A stretch of 63,046 bases of DNA, filler included, from Octopus bimaculoides (lineage: Eukaryota), in the NCBI RefSeq assembly GCF_001194135.2. It is 6 parts of 6 records of this genome, joined end to end, with 100 filler letters (N's around TTAATTAATTAA, not from the genome) between each part and the next. Parts side by side here need not be neighbours in the genome. Positions count along the whole stretch, not along the records: positions 61,926 to 63,046 come from NW_026415701.1; 5 more parts are not named here. One strand, 5' to 3'. The position numbers and the translations under genes were made by a program. Positions 62,391 to 63,046 of the stretch are shown in pieces. The notes beneath the pieces are model-generated. The model worked only from the letters and a program-made list of their open reading frames with translations, was not told the origin of the DNA and ran no database searches. Each line of letters begins with the position of its first letter. Positions within the stretch are counted from its first letter, which is position 1.

Positions 62391-63046
62391 GACTTGATAA
62401 TGCTCTTGCATCGCATTGCGATAGAAAACTTCCTATTAGTGTGGTTTAAAGAGAATTAATACACAGTCGATTCACTGAGTGAAGCATACGTTTGTGGAGA
62501 AGCTAAGTCTTTTTACGAGAAGCTTAAGAGAAATGCTCCTAGCAACCGATATAGGTTGTGATTCAAGGCCTGTGGATGTAAAATGTAAAGCTAGCAAGGG
62601 TTGTTTCGAATCTTTTAAAAAGAACCGTTCATATATTCACAACGCCATGACGCTTTTCACATTTTAATGTTATATTTCATATAATAACACATTTAATGCT
62701 ACATTTTAATGCTCATTAGCTTTTATATCTTCGTGGGAGAAAAATCTTTCAAATTACGTGAGGGTTTCTTTCTATCTGTTTATTGATTTCTATTTTGTTT
62801 CTCTTTTCTTTTTATAATTTATTGCGTTATAGTATGCCATTACTTTCCTTATTTTATTTTATGCCACTACATGTTATTGAATATTTGTGTTTTATAAATA
62901 TTTAAATGGATGCTTTGGCTGAAGGTTTTCGATCTTGGCTGAGTGTTTGATAAGCGAATTGTCCCTAAAGGCATATATTTACATTGATGTCGTAACGAAT
63001 ACATACATACATACATACATACATACGTACATACATACATACATAC

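Larger units (their letters stand above)
48515..63046 (+). other. BRSK: BRSK intron 1 (continues beyond window)
   Basis: Starts at the GTAAGT donor. The expected next exon (LVKLGVHC...KVAIKI.NREKLSESVL-like) was not found by eye in sequenced bases; it could be hidden in an N gap. Confidence 0.75.

Overview
Repeat-dense, AT-rich animal genomic DNA with roughly 7-8 kb of N gaps. The SINE families, microsatellite load and gap style point to an octopus draft assembly; this is an inference, with no database check. The only confident host gene is the first coding exon of a BRSK/SAD-1 kinase (48439-48514, +, MSHSQKEEQYVGPYRLEKTLGKGQT-G, phase-1 donor). Its first intron runs off the window end. The rest is mostly mobile DNA: several tRNA-derived SINE families; decayed RTE, CR1, L1/Tx1 and R4/Dong-type LINE pieces; a full-length dead Tc1 with long TIRs; mariner-type relics and MITEs; and Penelope-like elements. 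Notable signals: (1) five hammerhead-ribozyme-like motifs from three families, one with an intact-looking minimal core, two with a variant CUGYYGA core, and one just downstream of a Penelope GIY-YIG ORF; (2) a cluster of ATG-started, phase-1 mini-exon candidates inside the BRSK intron that could swap the kinase N-terminus; (3) an RTE copy with a twin-priming-type inversion; (4) a pile-up of (TAA)n-associated retroelements; (5) a double-hairpin element inside a SINE's internal microsatellite; (6) a 38-bp intronic minisatellite with higher-order structure; (7) two short locally templated insertions. Family assignments rest on recalled protein/RNA motifs read by eye, and repeat boundaries are approximate (tens of bp) unless TIRs or TSDs are given. 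Nearly all ORFs in the supplied track are microsatellite or N-gap artefacts.
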